Assembly: GCA_018623135.1 (NCBI GenBank) | Contig: JAAZVW010000006.1 | Span: 21,838-53,837 of the forward strand | Length of the DNA stretch: 32,000 bases | Source of the DNA: Pseudomonadota bacterium | GTDB taxonomy: Bacteria; Pseudomonadota; Alphaproteobacteria; UBA1280; JAAZVW01 | Direction: 5' to 3' | Shown here: piece after piece, positions 17,433 through 26,236 of the stretch | How positions within the stretch are numbered: the first letter of the stretch is position 1 | Layout of the letters: each line of letters begins with the position of its first letter | The notes under the pieces: model-generated | What the model saw: the letters and a program-made list of their open reading frames with translations, nothing else | Databases searched by the model: none | What the model was told of the DNA's origin: nothing | Translations under genes and position numbers: made by a program

Positions 17433-17657
17433 ATGGAACTTGCTGCTCTTAAATTCATCGGTGCTGGTCTAGCGACTCTAGGCATGATCGGTTCAGGTCT
17501 TGGTCTAGGTAACCTAGTTGGTAAATATTTCGAAGCTGTTTCACGTCAACCAGCTGTAGAATCTAAAATTAAAGGTTTCTTCTTTATTGGTGCCGCTCTT
17601 GTAGAGGCGATCGCTCTATTCGCTTTCGCACTAGGTATCCTTATCTGGAACTCTTAA
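17433..17657 (+). CDS. atpE: F0F1 ATP synthase subunit c
   Basis: 74-aa hairpin proteolipid with a Gly-rich helix 1 (GAGLATLGMIGSGLGLG), an RQP loop, and the carboxylate in ALVEAIALF. Confidence 0.95.
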   Translation: MELAALKFIGAGLATLGMIGSGLGLGNLVGKYFEAVSRQPAVESKIKGFFFIGAALVEAIALFAFALGILIWNS

Positions 17658-17743
17658 TTTCATAAAAGACTCCTGCTTGTGCCTGCTTTAAGTAGCTAGC
17701 GCAAGCTCGGGTCTTTTAATCTTTTAAAAAAGGAGCTGAACAT

Positions 17744-18283
17744 ATGTCTGCTAATACGGCTGCACATGTTGCTGAAACAGTAGAAAAAGTGAACCCACTT
17801 TTTGATACGACATTTTTACATTCTCAGCTGTTCTGGACAGGTATTGCCTTTGTTCTTATTTTAGCTGTGATGTGGATTTTTGTAATTCCACGTATTACAA
17901 AAGCTCTAGATGACCGTGCTGAAGGCATTCGTGAAGATCTAGATAAAGCAGAAGCACTGCGTAAAGATGCTGAACAAGCTCTTGCAACATACGAAAAGCA
18001 GCTTAAAGCTGCCCGTCAAGAAGCCTCTTCAATTGTTGAACAAGCAAAAGAAGAAGCCTCTAAAATTGCTTCTCTAAAAACAAAAGAGCTAGAAGAAGAA
18101 CTTGCACGTAAAGCACAGCAAGCTGCTGAGCAAATTACATCTGCAAAAGATCAAGCTCTGCGTGATGTTCAGTCTCAAGTTGCTGAACTTGCACTTACAG
18201 CTGCTGAAAAACTTATTGAAAAAGAAATTGATAAGAAAACAGCAGAAAAAATTACGGAAGATGCGATTAAGCGCCTGAACTAA
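17744..18283 (+). CDS. atpF: F0F1 ATP synthase subunit b (b/b'-type)
   Basis: NPLFDTTFLHSQLFWTGIAFVLILAVMWIFVIPRI is followed by a long Ala/Glu/Lys coiled coil. The N-terminal F-x-SQ-x-FW motif resembles alphaproteobacterial b'. Confidence 0.85.
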   Translation: MSANTAAHVAETVEKVNPLFDTTFLHSQLFWTGIAFVLILAVMWIFVIPRITKALDDRAEGIREDLDKAEALRKDAEQALATYEKQLKAARQEASSIVEQAKEEASKIASLKTKELEEELARKAQQAAEQITSAKDQALRDVQSQVAELALTAAEKLIEKEIDKKTAEKITEDAIKRLN

Positions 18284-18296
18284 TTTTTGAAGATAC

Positions 18297-18325
18297 AAAA
18301 AAGCCCGCCAATTGGTGGGCTTTTT
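18297..18325. terminator. Bidirectional rho-independent terminator (atp F0 operon / ORF 18343..18804)
   Basis: AAAAAA-GCCCGCC-aatt-GGTGGGC-TTTTT, with one G-U pair. Confidence 0.8.
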
Positions 18326-18342
18326 ATGTGTCGTGCTATAGG

Positions 18343-18804
18343 TTATTTTTTGCGTACCAGCAAGGTTTTTTGTTTAACCTTCTGGTCTTGGTTGTCCGTT
18401 GCCGTTGTTGCTTCGTATTGGCTACCTTTATTAGAAACAACCAATTGCTCATCTGGTGCCAATGTGAGTTTCAATATCGGGCTGCCAGCTTCAGAATAGA
18501 GGCAGTAGCCATCATACTCTTTGGTGAGCAGGCCGTAACAGTCATTGATTTTACAATGAGTGATATGTCGAATGGGTGCTTCAAAGTGAACAGGCTTCAG
18601 TGTTACGAGGTTGTTTGCTTCAGGGCAGAAGAAGTCTTTTTCTGGCATCTGCAGCTGTGTTAAGGTTAATTCTACATTACCCCAGAACGATTTTGTCTTT
18701 AAAGACACATCCTGTCCCAGTTCGTAATGGTCACCCTTATTATGCAAATGCTGAGCATAAATGCGGGCATGTACATGGGTATCAAGAATATGGATAATCG
18801 CCAT
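18343..18804 (-). CDS. Hypothetical His/Cys-containing protein (153 aa)
   Basis: The ATG at 18804 has a good RBS (AGGAG, 7 nt upstream). The overlapping plus-strand ORFs start inside the terminator and translate to low-quality sequence. No family was recognised. Confidence 0.6.
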   Translation of the reverse strand: MAIIHILDTHVHARIYAQHLHNKGDHYELGQDVSLKTKSFWGNVELTLTQLQMPEKDFFCPEANNLVTLKPVHFEAPIRHITHCKINDCYGLLTKEYDGYCLYSEAGSPILKLTLAPDEQLVVSNKGSQYEATTATDNQDQKVKQKTLLVRKK

Positions 18805-18976
18805 ATAGACTCCTGTTAAACGTGATTTTAGATGGATTTGGTGTTTAGTTGTATACTTTAATGTATAATTATATGCAAGAAGAAAATAAAAAGAACGCTT
18901 TAAGCTTGAAATTATTAAAATAATCCATTATGTTAGCTTTTGCGTAAATGTCGGGAAAGATAGAAAGTGGCTGACA

Positions 18977-19192
18977 ATGAAACAAGGAATCCACCCAGAC
19001 TACCACACAATTAAAGTGGTTATGACTGACGGTACTGAATACGAAACACGTTCTACATACGGTAAAGAAGGCGATGTACTTCGTCTTTCTGTAGACTCTA
19101 AGTCTCACCCTGCTTACACTGGTAAGCGCCGTGTGCTAGATACAGCGGGTCGCGTAGAGAAGTTCCAAGCGAAATACGGCATGAAAAAATAA
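18977..19192 (+). CDS. rpmE: 50S ribosomal protein L31 (Cys-less form)
   Basis: [27 protein letters not shown]...[27 protein letters not shown] is canonical L31, with no CxxC pairs. Confidence 0.93.
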   Translation: MKQGIHPDYHTIKVVMTDGTEYETRSTYGKEGDVLRLSVDSKSHPAYTGKRRVLDTAGRVEKFQAKYGMKK

Positions 19193-19241
19193 TTGAATTT
19201 AATTATTGGTTCACGAACCGGTTTCAGTCTTTACTGACAAG

Positions 19242-19271
19242 AAAAAAATGGGCGATATGCCCATTTTTTTT
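19242..19271 (+). terminator. Rho-independent terminator of rpmE
   Basis: AAAAAAA-TGGGC-gatat-GCCCA-TTTTTTTT. Confidence 0.8.
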
Positions 19272-19446
19272 ATGCTCTATGATATAAAATACACAATTTT
19301 GCGCATAGATGTAACACCCCCATTATCCCTATTTAAATAATGGCTTTTTAGCACTTGAATGTACTGCTTAAACAAGTCATTATCCCCATAATAAAAAGCA
19401 AAGTAGCAACTATAATTCATACTTAAAAAATAAAAATAAAAAATAG

Positions 19447-21699
19447 ATGAATCATGTGGGGGCGCCTTCGTATTTGCAAAAGCAATACCAAAAAGTGTGG
19501 TTGGTTATTATTTCTGCCATTACTTTTGCTTGTTTGCTAAGTTATGCACTATGGGGCCAGTATAATCAGTTTTTAAAAACACAAACAACAATGCAACTTG
19601 AAAAAGATGCATTGGCTATTGATATGTGGATGACACAACAAGGGCATCAGCTAGAGCGTTTGTCTTATTTACCCCAGCTACAAACATTTTTTAATAAGGC
19701 TCAGGGCTTTGAGCAAGCAGCTCAAAATACAGAATCTTTTTCAAAATTAGGCTATAGCCAAACTTATTTTTACAACCCAGAACAAAGGCTTATTTACAGC
19801 CAAGCGAATCAATCTGGCTTTCAATCACAACACTTAAACTTAGCGATTAAATCACTTAAAACATCACCTAATGGATTTGCTCTTTTAGCAGAAAAGGGTA
19901 GAGGTCTCTTTTTGGTTAAAGCTGTGTATAACCAGAAAATGCCTTATCAGCTATTAGGCTATATTGTTGTAAAAGCCCCTTTAAATATGATGAGTTCGCT
20001 GTGGGATCGCACGCAATTGGTACGTCACCATTTAGGGCAGAGTCTAAGTATCTTTACCGCTAAAATGCGTGATGCCAAAGCCTATGGTCAAATGCCAGAT
20101 GTTGCTTACAATCAGTCTGTGCAAGCGCTTAAAATGCCTAATTGGTATTTACGCACAACATATGAAGGCACAAGTTTATCACCATTTGTCTTTGTCTCTT
20201 TTGCGCTTATCTTTTCAGCGGTAAGTTTATTTTGGGGCTTGCGTAAAATGCAAATTTTGCAAGGCGAGCGCACAACTATTATTAAGCCAACATGGCAAAA
20301 AGTTGTTGAACGTGTGGTTGATTCAACGCATGACCTTATTGTGGTGACAGACCATAAATACATGATTCAGGCAGCAAGCCCAGCCGTTGAAAGTGTTTTC
20401 GGTTATTCAGCAGAAGAGCTTGTCGGTCAATCTATTCGCTTATTGTTTGCTAAAGGCTCTGTGCCTTTATTAGAATCAGATAAAGAAGCTGTTGCCATTA
20501 TAGATGCTAAAGGCGCAACTTGTGATGTGCAGTATACACAGCGTCAAATTAATTCTCATAGTCTTTTCCACCGTTTTGAAGATGAAAGTGAAAAGTGGCA
20601 GTTTGAAGCAGCGCAAAAACAAAATGCCCGTGCCCGTGATTTTTTAGAAGTTTCTTGTGCTTGGCAATGGGAGCTAGATCACTCTGGCCGTATTACTTAT
20701 CTTTCTGAACATATTTGCACTCTTTTAGGTAAACCCCTTGGTATGCTTATGGAAAAACACTTTGTGGAGCTAACGCTTTTTGCTGATTTTACACATGAAT
20801 ATAAGCAAATTACGACAGCGATACATGATCGAAAAGAAATTAAAGAGATCGCTTTTAGTTTTAAAGATTCATCAGAAGAAATTCGTAAATATAAAATTAG
20901 CGGTAAACCAACTTTTGATAACCAGGGTAATTGCCTAGGTTTTAGAGGGGTTGCAATTTTAGATAAACAACCTTATATACCTCCTCATCAATCAGAAATG
21001 ACAGAAAAAGTTGAGAAGGTAAAAGATTTGGTTCGTTTACAGCTACAGCCTATTATGCCGCTAGATCGCTCGGCACCGCAAATGTATGAAGGGCTTACAG
21101 AATTAAGAACAGCATCTGGCAAGCACATTAAACCTGCTGCTTACTTACCTGTTATGGAGAAAAAGGGTGGTCTTGCTAAAGTAGATTACTTAGCACTTAA
21201 ACACTTATTTAAGCGTGCTGCGCAAAGCCAAGAAATTTTCAGCGTTAACTTATCTGTAGAGAGTTTACAAGATGCCGATTTCTGGAAAAAAGTAACAACA
21301 TTGCTTGCAGAAACTTCCGCTAAATCAGAACAAATCTTATTTGAAATTGCTCAAAGCTTTATTACCGAACGCTTTAGCGAAACAAAAGATTTTATTATGC
21401 GTGCGCGTAAGCATGGCTTTAAAGTAGGTTTAGACCAATGTGTAGAAGAACGTGCGCTTCATGCATTTTTACGCCATTGTCAGGTGGATTATATTAAGAT
21501 TGACCGTAAACTTATTAAACGTATTTCAGAACTTTCTGTGCGCTCTCAAATTGCAGCGATGATCCGCGAGGGTCATGCACATAATGCGGCGGTTATTGCT
21601 TGCGGTGTTGAAACAGCTCAGGACTTTATTTATCTAGAAAGTTTAGGTATAGACCTTGTTCAAGGTTACTATTTGGCAGCGCCACAGCTTGCATCATAA
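19447..21699 (+). CDS. Membrane sensor protein: TM, periplasmic Cache-like domain, TM, two PAS-like domains, degenerate EAL domain
   Basis: 750 aa. TM helices lie at about aa 17-36 and 245-265. The PAS-like segments begin DLIVVTDHKYMIQAASPAVESVFGYSAEELVGQSI and WQWELDHSGRITYLSEHICTLLG. The C-terminal EAL-family domain runs LQPIMPL...YEGLTELR...SVNLS...FEIAQS...GLDQCVEE...IKID...ACGVET...VQGYY. Confidence 0.8.
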   Translation: MNHVGAPSYLQKQYQKVWLVIISAITFACLLSYALWGQYNQFLKTQTTMQLEKDALAIDMWMTQQGHQLERLSYLPQLQTFFNKAQGFEQAAQNTESFSKLGYSQTYFYNPEQRLIYSQANQSGFQSQHLNLAIKSLKTSPNGFALLAEKGRGLFLVKAVYNQKMPYQLLGYIVVKAPLNMMSSLWDRTQLVRHHLGQSLSIFTAKMRDAKAYGQMPDVAYNQSVQALKMPNWYLRTTYEGTSLSPFVFVSFALIFSAVSLFWGLRKMQILQGERTTIIKPTWQKVVERVVDSTHDLIVVTDHKYMIQAASPAVESVFGYSAEELVGQSIRLLFAKGSVPLLESDKEAVAIIDAKGATCDVQYTQRQINSHSLFHRFEDESEKWQFEAAQKQNARARDFLEVSCAWQWELDHSGRITYLSEHICTLLGKPLGMLMEKHFVELTLFADFTHEYKQITTAIHDRKEIKEIAFSFKDSSEEIRKYKISGKPTFDNQGNCLGFRGVAILDKQPYIPPHQSEMTEKVEKVKDLVRLQLQPIMPLDRSAPQMYEGLTELRTASGKHIKPAAYLPVMEKKGGLAKVDYLALKHLFKRAAQSQEIFSVNLSVESLQDADFWKKVTTLLAETSAKSEQILFEIAQSFITERFSETKDFIMRARKHGFKVGLDQCVEERALHAFLRHCQVDYIKIDRKLIKRISELSVRSQIAAMIREGHAHNAAVIACGVETAQDFIYLESLGIDLVQGYYLAAPQLAS

Positions 21700-21725
21700 A
21701 AAAAGAGGCCTAAGCCTCTTTTTTT
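21699..21725. terminator. Bidirectional rho-independent terminator shared by the convergent sensor-EAL and GGDEF genes
   Basis: AAAAAAA-AGAGGC-ctaa-GCCTCT-TTTTTT. The GGDEF stop codon (21710..21712) lies in the loop. Confidence 0.75.
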
Positions 21726-22606
21726 GGTTCTTCTTCTAAACAGACACGGTTTCTACCAGAGTTCTTTGCTTTATAAAGCTGTTCATCTGCGCGTCTAATT
21801 AAATTATCAGCATTTTCTGCGCTATCTGTTGGGTTTGTCGCGATACCGACAGAAATTGTTACAGGGTAAGGGTTATCCTGAAAGCTCTCCATAACCTTCT
21901 GGCGTAAACGCTCTGCAAAAATAAAAGCAGCCTTTAAATCCACCTCAGGTAAAATCACGGCAAATTCTTCGCCGCCATAGCGGGCAGTTGTATCAATACG
22001 ACGGGCTTGGCGCACTAAAATGTCAGAAATATTTTTAAGGACAATATCACCTTCGCTGTGTCCATAAGTATCATTGATAGATTTAAATTTATCTAAATCA
22101 AACATCACAAGGCTTAGCGGGCCACCGTAGCGGAACTGACGCTCTAATTCTTCCTTTAAACGGTGTTTAAAAGAGGTTTGGTCAAATAAACCAGTCAAGC
22201 CATCACGTGTAGCCACAGAAGCAAGAGAAGACATCTTAGATTCCTCCACAATGCCTACAGCAGCCATAAGACCAGCGATATTTGTTAAATAATCATGCGC
22301 AGCAACACTAATGCCAACATCTCTGTTTAATTTTGTACGTAATGTTTTGCGGTGTTCGGTAATTTCATCCCATAGATGACGTGCTTGCTTAGGCGGAAAA
22401 GAACGATGTGTTAAAACAGAAAGAATATCTGAATATAAACCTTCGCCACGTTCATCGTACATGCGTTGTAAAATATCACGTTCACGGGCGTTAAGTGTAC
22501 GGTCACCTGCTAAAGCAATTACAAAGCGGATATCAAGCTCCGCATTTGCCATAATATCAGCAAGTTCTTCCTGATGCGTTTTTTTTACTGGTTGCATCTT
22601 TTGCAT
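21710..22606 (-). CDS. Diguanylate cyclase (GGDEF domain, GGEEF active site, RxxD I-site) with an uncharacterised helical N-terminal domain
   Basis: RDGLTGLFDQTSF, MFDLDKFKSINDTYGHSEGD, RRIDTTARYGGEEFAVILP and ADEQLYKAKNSGRNRV are present. The N-terminal 130 aa or so are unassigned. RBS AAGGGGA. Confidence 0.9.
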   Translation of the reverse strand: MQKMQPVKKTHQEELADIMANAELDIRFVIALAGDRTLNARERDILQRMYDERGEGLYSDILSVLTHRSFPPKQARHLWDEITEHRKTLRTKLNRDVGISVAAHDYLTNIAGLMAAVGIVEESKMSSLASVATRDGLTGLFDQTSFKHRLKEELERQFRYGGPLSLVMFDLDKFKSINDTYGHSEGDIVLKNISDILVRQARRIDTTARYGGEEFAVILPEVDLKAAFIFAERLRQKVMESFQDNPYPVTISVGIATNPTDSAENADNLIRRADEQLYKAKNSGRNRVCLEEEPKKEA

Positions 22607-22717
22607 GTTCCCCTTGTTCAGACCAACGTTTTTGAGATCAGAAATTTTGTATTTTTCTTATTCTACAGAATTTGGGCTTTTATGAAAAGGGGTATGTGAT
22701 AATTTTACCCTTATTTA

Positions 22718-23287
22718 TCAGGCAAATTGCGCAATCCAGTCATCTTCTTCTAGGTTAAATGTGTAAAAAGAATCTTGTATCTCAATTGCTTGCCCGTTTT
22801 GTATCTCATATATGCTTAAATGCTCAAAGCAGTAGTTTCCAAAATCAAATGCAGACATAAAGGCGCAAAAGCCTAAAACTTCTTCTTCATTTAGGCGTTT
22901 TCCTGTTAACCAAGGTATTTCATAGGTCAGTTTTTGGGCTGGACATAACCCTTGTTGATAGAGTTCTTCTAACAAGCTTTCGCGTAGTTTTTCAATATGG
23001 TTTGGTAGTATTGCAGCTATAGAAATCCCCCTAATGTTCTGTGCGTATGATCTGTTTATGTTAAAGCCTTTAAGTTTAAGTTCAATATAGGGGGTAACTA
23101 CTTGCCTTAAACGGTAAAAAACTTTCTGGATATTACAGTCAGGATGTAGCTTAATAAAAGGCATGATTAAGCCAGAATCTAAGGCTTTTTTTGCATTGGG
23201 TAGGTTAAGCTGTTGCTGGAGTTTTTGAAGTTGTTGGCATAAAATAGGGTTATCTATACGAATGCCTAGGATGAGCTCAGAATGCAT
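22718..23287 (-). CDS. Hypothetical protein (189 aa); possible degenerate 2H-phosphoesterase-like fold
   Basis: A strong RBS (AAGGAG) precedes the ATG at 23287. No catalytic motif was found. See findings for the weak positional resemblance to LigT-type 2H proteins. Confidence 0.6.
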   Translation of the reverse strand: MHSELILGIRIDNPILCQQLQKLQQQLNLPNAKKALDSGLIMPFIKLHPDCNIQKVFYRLRQVVTPYIELKLKGFNINRSYAQNIRGISIAAILPNHIEKLRESLLEELYQQGLCPAQKLTYEIPWLTGKRLNEEEVLGFCAFMSAFDFGNYCFEHLSIYEIQNGQAIEIQDSFYTFNLEEDDWIAQFA

Positions 23288-23470
23288 GGATCAATCTCCT
23301 TTGCAATTGGCGTTATTTTTATCACTCTTTTATTTTAAAATATATTTACTCAACCGCCTAATAAATAAAAATGTATACACGATGTCAATTAATTGCTTCA
23401 AAAAATTAACGCCATACACCATAATTAATACGTGAAGATAAACACCTAATAGAAATAAGGGGACTAACAG

Positions 23471-24127
23471 GTGATACAACAGCAAATGCCACAGGCACAA
23501 ATTATAGCAGAAGTTCAGGAAAAGAGACCAGACCAACAAAGTACTCTTTTAGGTGTGCTGTTGTTTGCGTTAAGTTTTGTTGCTGTGGGTGCCTTTATGC
23601 TCCACAATAACCAACGCCGAGAAGATTTAATCCAAAAAACAGAATTCCAACCTAAAAAAACTTATCATGCCGCTATGTATGCCCAAGTTTCTGCGCCTAA
23701 ACAGCAGGTGCAAAAAAGGCTTAGTGTGCAACGTCGCCATGAAGTAAACGGCACCCATGCTATAGATGCCCGTATGGATAGGCTAGAGCAGAAACTCGCT
23801 AAAATGGGTCAAGCGGTAGACCAAAACCAAGCACTGAATCAGGTAGGTTACCATATCGCCAGCGGTAATGTTATGGATGCGAAAGAATCAGAGCATCTTC
23901 TACGCCAAGCAGGTTATAATCCAACAGCAGAAGAATTACGCCAAGCGGCTTTATATAAACAACAACAAGCACAGCGCGCCCAACAGCATAAATCAATGCA
24001 AAAAGATGGTGAATTTGCTAAATCTGTTGTGAGAACAGTGGTCGCAGATGAGGTTGAATCATTCTTTGAGCGTGTGAAACTAGTTGCCGATGTCGGCACT
24101 TATGTATATCAGCGCGCAGCTGAATAA
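23471..24127 (+). CDS. Hypothetical Gln-rich protein with a single N-terminal TM helix
   Basis: GTG start with RBS AAGGGGA (alternative ATG at 23486). The TM segment is LLGVLLFALSFVAVGAFML. The rest is polar and Gln-rich and helical, with no recognised domain. Confidence 0.55.
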   Translation: MIQQQMPQAQIIAEVQEKRPDQQSTLLGVLLFALSFVAVGAFMLHNNQRREDLIQKTEFQPKKTYHAAMYAQVSAPKQQVQKRLSVQRRHEVNGTHAIDARMDRLEQKLAKMGQAVDQNQALNQVGYHIASGNVMDAKESEHLLRQAGYNPTAEELRQAALYKQQQAQRAQQHKSMQKDGEFAKSVVRTVVADEVESFFERVKLVADVGTYVYQRAAE

Positions 24128-24152
24128 TATTTAGAGAATATAAGTACAAAAT

Positions 24153-24182
24153 AAAAAAGCTCAGAATTTTCTGAGCTTTTTT
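24153..24182. terminator. Bidirectional rho-independent terminator (ORF 23471..24127 / EAL gene 24197..26236)
   Basis: AAAAAA-GCTCAGA-attt-TCTGAGC-TTTTTT. Confidence 0.8.
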
Positions 24183-24196
24183 ATTGAGGGTTCTTT

Positions 24197-26236
24197 TTAA
24201 TTTTGTGCAATTTGGTTGAGCCCTTTAGGGTCGGCGTAGTTTTTCTCTTTCCAACCTAAATTAATTTTATCATCCGGTTTGGCAATGTAGAAGCCCTGTA
24301 CGTAATCTACATCTAAAGTTTTACAAAGCTGCCACACAAATTCGGTTTCAATCTTTTCTACAATAACCGTTAAGCCTTCGCTTTGCGCTTGGCGAATAAT
24401 ATCGCTAAATTCTTGCATTTGTGCAGAGTTTGTTGCCATATCCTGGAACTTAAGGGCACTAATTTTAACATTATTAAAACCAAGCTGTTTCGCGGCATGA
24501 ATGCTTTTTTCACCACCACCTAAATAGTCAATAGAAAAACGGCAACCCAATCTCTTAAGCTCACGAATGAAAGACATAGAAGCATCGTCAGATATCACCT
24601 CTTGAGACTCAACCTCAAACACCAAATATTCAGGATGCACCTGTCCAGAAGATAAACCTTCCATAAACACATTCATAAAACGTTCAGAGCTAAAAGCTCC
24701 CTTAGAAAGATTCAAGCAAAGTACCGTACGCTCACCTTGGTTCAGCAACTGAATATGTTTACGAATAGAAGCAACAAGTACAGTATCATCAATTAAATCT
24801 AAAAATTGGTACTTTTTAGCAAGCGGGAAAAACTCAGCAGGGGCCATAAGGTTCTTTTGTTCGTCTAATACACGTATAAGCGTTTCGTACATAGCGGCTT
24901 TACCACGACGATCCACAATAGGTTGATAAAATAAACGAATACGCTCACGCTTAAGGCTATCTTTAACCATGTTTGTTTTTTGTAACTCTTCAGCAAGCTC
25001 ACGTGCTTGTTTTTGTTCTTCTGTTTCTTGTGGCTCAGGGATAACATCAATATTTTCAGTAGAAGCTGTTTCTGTGCCATTACCTTGTGCATCCGGGCTT
25101 GTTTGTTCACCAGGCTGAGTATTATTGGCTTCATCTGCCATTTTTTGGGTGGCTTCTAATGCTTTTTTCTTCTGTAACTTACGGACTAAAAATTGCAGGC
25201 GCTCCAATTGTTGTGCAACAGGCTGTGCTATTTTTTCTGCCTGTCTAAAATGCTTGTCGTTAGATTTAGGGTTATAAAGAATAAAAAGTACATATTCAGC
25301 TACCCCAAGTGCAATATAAATAAGCCCTAATAAGCCGAAAATCCATACTTTAGAACTGCGCGCATCAACATTTGCGGCATCTGTTGCTAATTGTGTTGCA
25401 ATTTGCCAATTCGGGAATCCGCTAGGTTTATCAAGCTGTGCATAAATTGCTTCGCCATTTAAAGCGGTATATACACCAAAGTTTTGACTGCGCTCAAAAA
25501 ATGGCAATGTTGAGGCAGAATCTTTTAAATAAGTTATTTTGCTAAACTTGAAAGGTAGCGGCCAACGAATCACAATCGGGTTATGTCCCTCAGATTTTCT
25601 GGCAATATAGACCTCAATATCAGGGCGGCTTACGCCTGTGCTTTCCATATCAGCAAGGGCATCATTAGCAGCTTTTGTAAAAGAGACGTAGCCGGCAGGC
25701 TTATTTTCTTTAATAATTTTAGCCATACCTAAAATGTAAAATTCACCTGCTTTTTCATAAAAATCTAAAGCAGAGGTTTTATCTTGCCTGTAAAAGGTTG
25801 CCAGTTGTTGTTTTACAAGTTGGTCAAGGGTTTGCGCACCACGAGATCTCCCCACAAGTCGGTGTTTCTCATCAAATAAATAAGCATTATCTAAGTTATA
25901 TTTACTTGTGAGTTCATTTAAAAAATTATCAGCAAAAGGGTGAGACCTTAATTTTTCCGATGAAAGTTGCTTCACATCGCTTAAGCTTTGCTCAAGTTTT
26001 TTGCTGGCCATAGCACGCTGTAAAGGCTGGTTTTGTATATTGAGCCAAGTTGTAAGCTCTTCAAGCTTAATATCGCTTTCGTGCTTAAGTTGGTCTTGCC
26101 ATGTTTTTTCTGTTTGTTCTTCTGTTTTTTGAATAGCAGAAAGCGCCCATAAAGTAGCAGCAATAAAGAGACCTAATATAATATTAGTGCCAATTAAAAA
26201 TTGTTCTTTAGTAATACGACGTGCCTGTACACTCAT
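24197..26236 (-). CDS. Membrane sensor protein: TM, periplasmic Cache-like domain, TM, acidic low-complexity linker, degenerate EAL domain
   Basis: 679 aa. TM helices lie at about aa 14-34 and 297-321. The linker (aa 360-420) is rich in E/Q/T/P. The EAL-family domain runs LFYQPIVD...YETLIR...LNLS...FEVESQE...SIDYLGGG...VKISAL...VEKIET...VQGFY. Confidence 0.8.
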   Translation of the reverse strand: MSVQARRITKEQFLIGTNIILGLFIAATLWALSAIQKTEEQTEKTWQDQLKHESDIKLEELTTWLNIQNQPLQRAMASKKLEQSLSDVKQLSSEKLRSHPFADNFLNELTSKYNLDNAYLFDEKHRLVGRSRGAQTLDQLVKQQLATFYRQDKTSALDFYEKAGEFYILGMAKIIKENKPAGYVSFTKAANDALADMESTGVSRPDIEVYIARKSEGHNPIVIRWPLPFKFSKITYLKDSASTLPFFERSQNFGVYTALNGEAIYAQLDKPSGFPNWQIATQLATDAANVDARSSKVWIFGLLGLIYIALGVAEYVLFILYNPKSNDKHFRQAEKIAQPVAQQLERLQFLVRKLQKKKALEATQKMADEANNTQPGEQTSPDAQGNGTETASTENIDVIPEPQETEEQKQARELAEELQKTNMVKDSLKRERIRLFYQPIVDRRGKAAMYETLIRVLDEQKNLMAPAEFFPLAKKYQFLDLIDDTVLVASIRKHIQLLNQGERTVLCLNLSKGAFSSERFMNVFMEGLSSGQVHPEYLVFEVESQEVISDDASMSFIRELKRLGCRFSIDYLGGGEKSIHAAKQLGFNNVKISALKFQDMATNSAQMQEFSDIIRQAQSEGLTVIVEKIETEFVWQLCKTLDVDYVQGFYIAKPDDKINLGWKEKNYADPKGLNQIAQN

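Noticed and set aside
18287-18797. Three plus-strand ORFs (18287..18499, 18328..18663, 18576..18797)
   Set aside because: They begin inside or right after the atpF terminator and lack an RBS. They give Cys/Phe/Leu-rich junk translations. The minus-strand 153-aa ORF has an AGGAG RBS and is preferred.
18977-19192. Cys-less L31 (and Cys-less L33 at 27341..27511) as possible zinc-independent paralogues of a Zur regulon
   Set aside because: Only one copy of each is visible. No Zur-box-like palindrome was seen upstream, and Cys-less forms are the normal single copies in many alphaproteobacteria.
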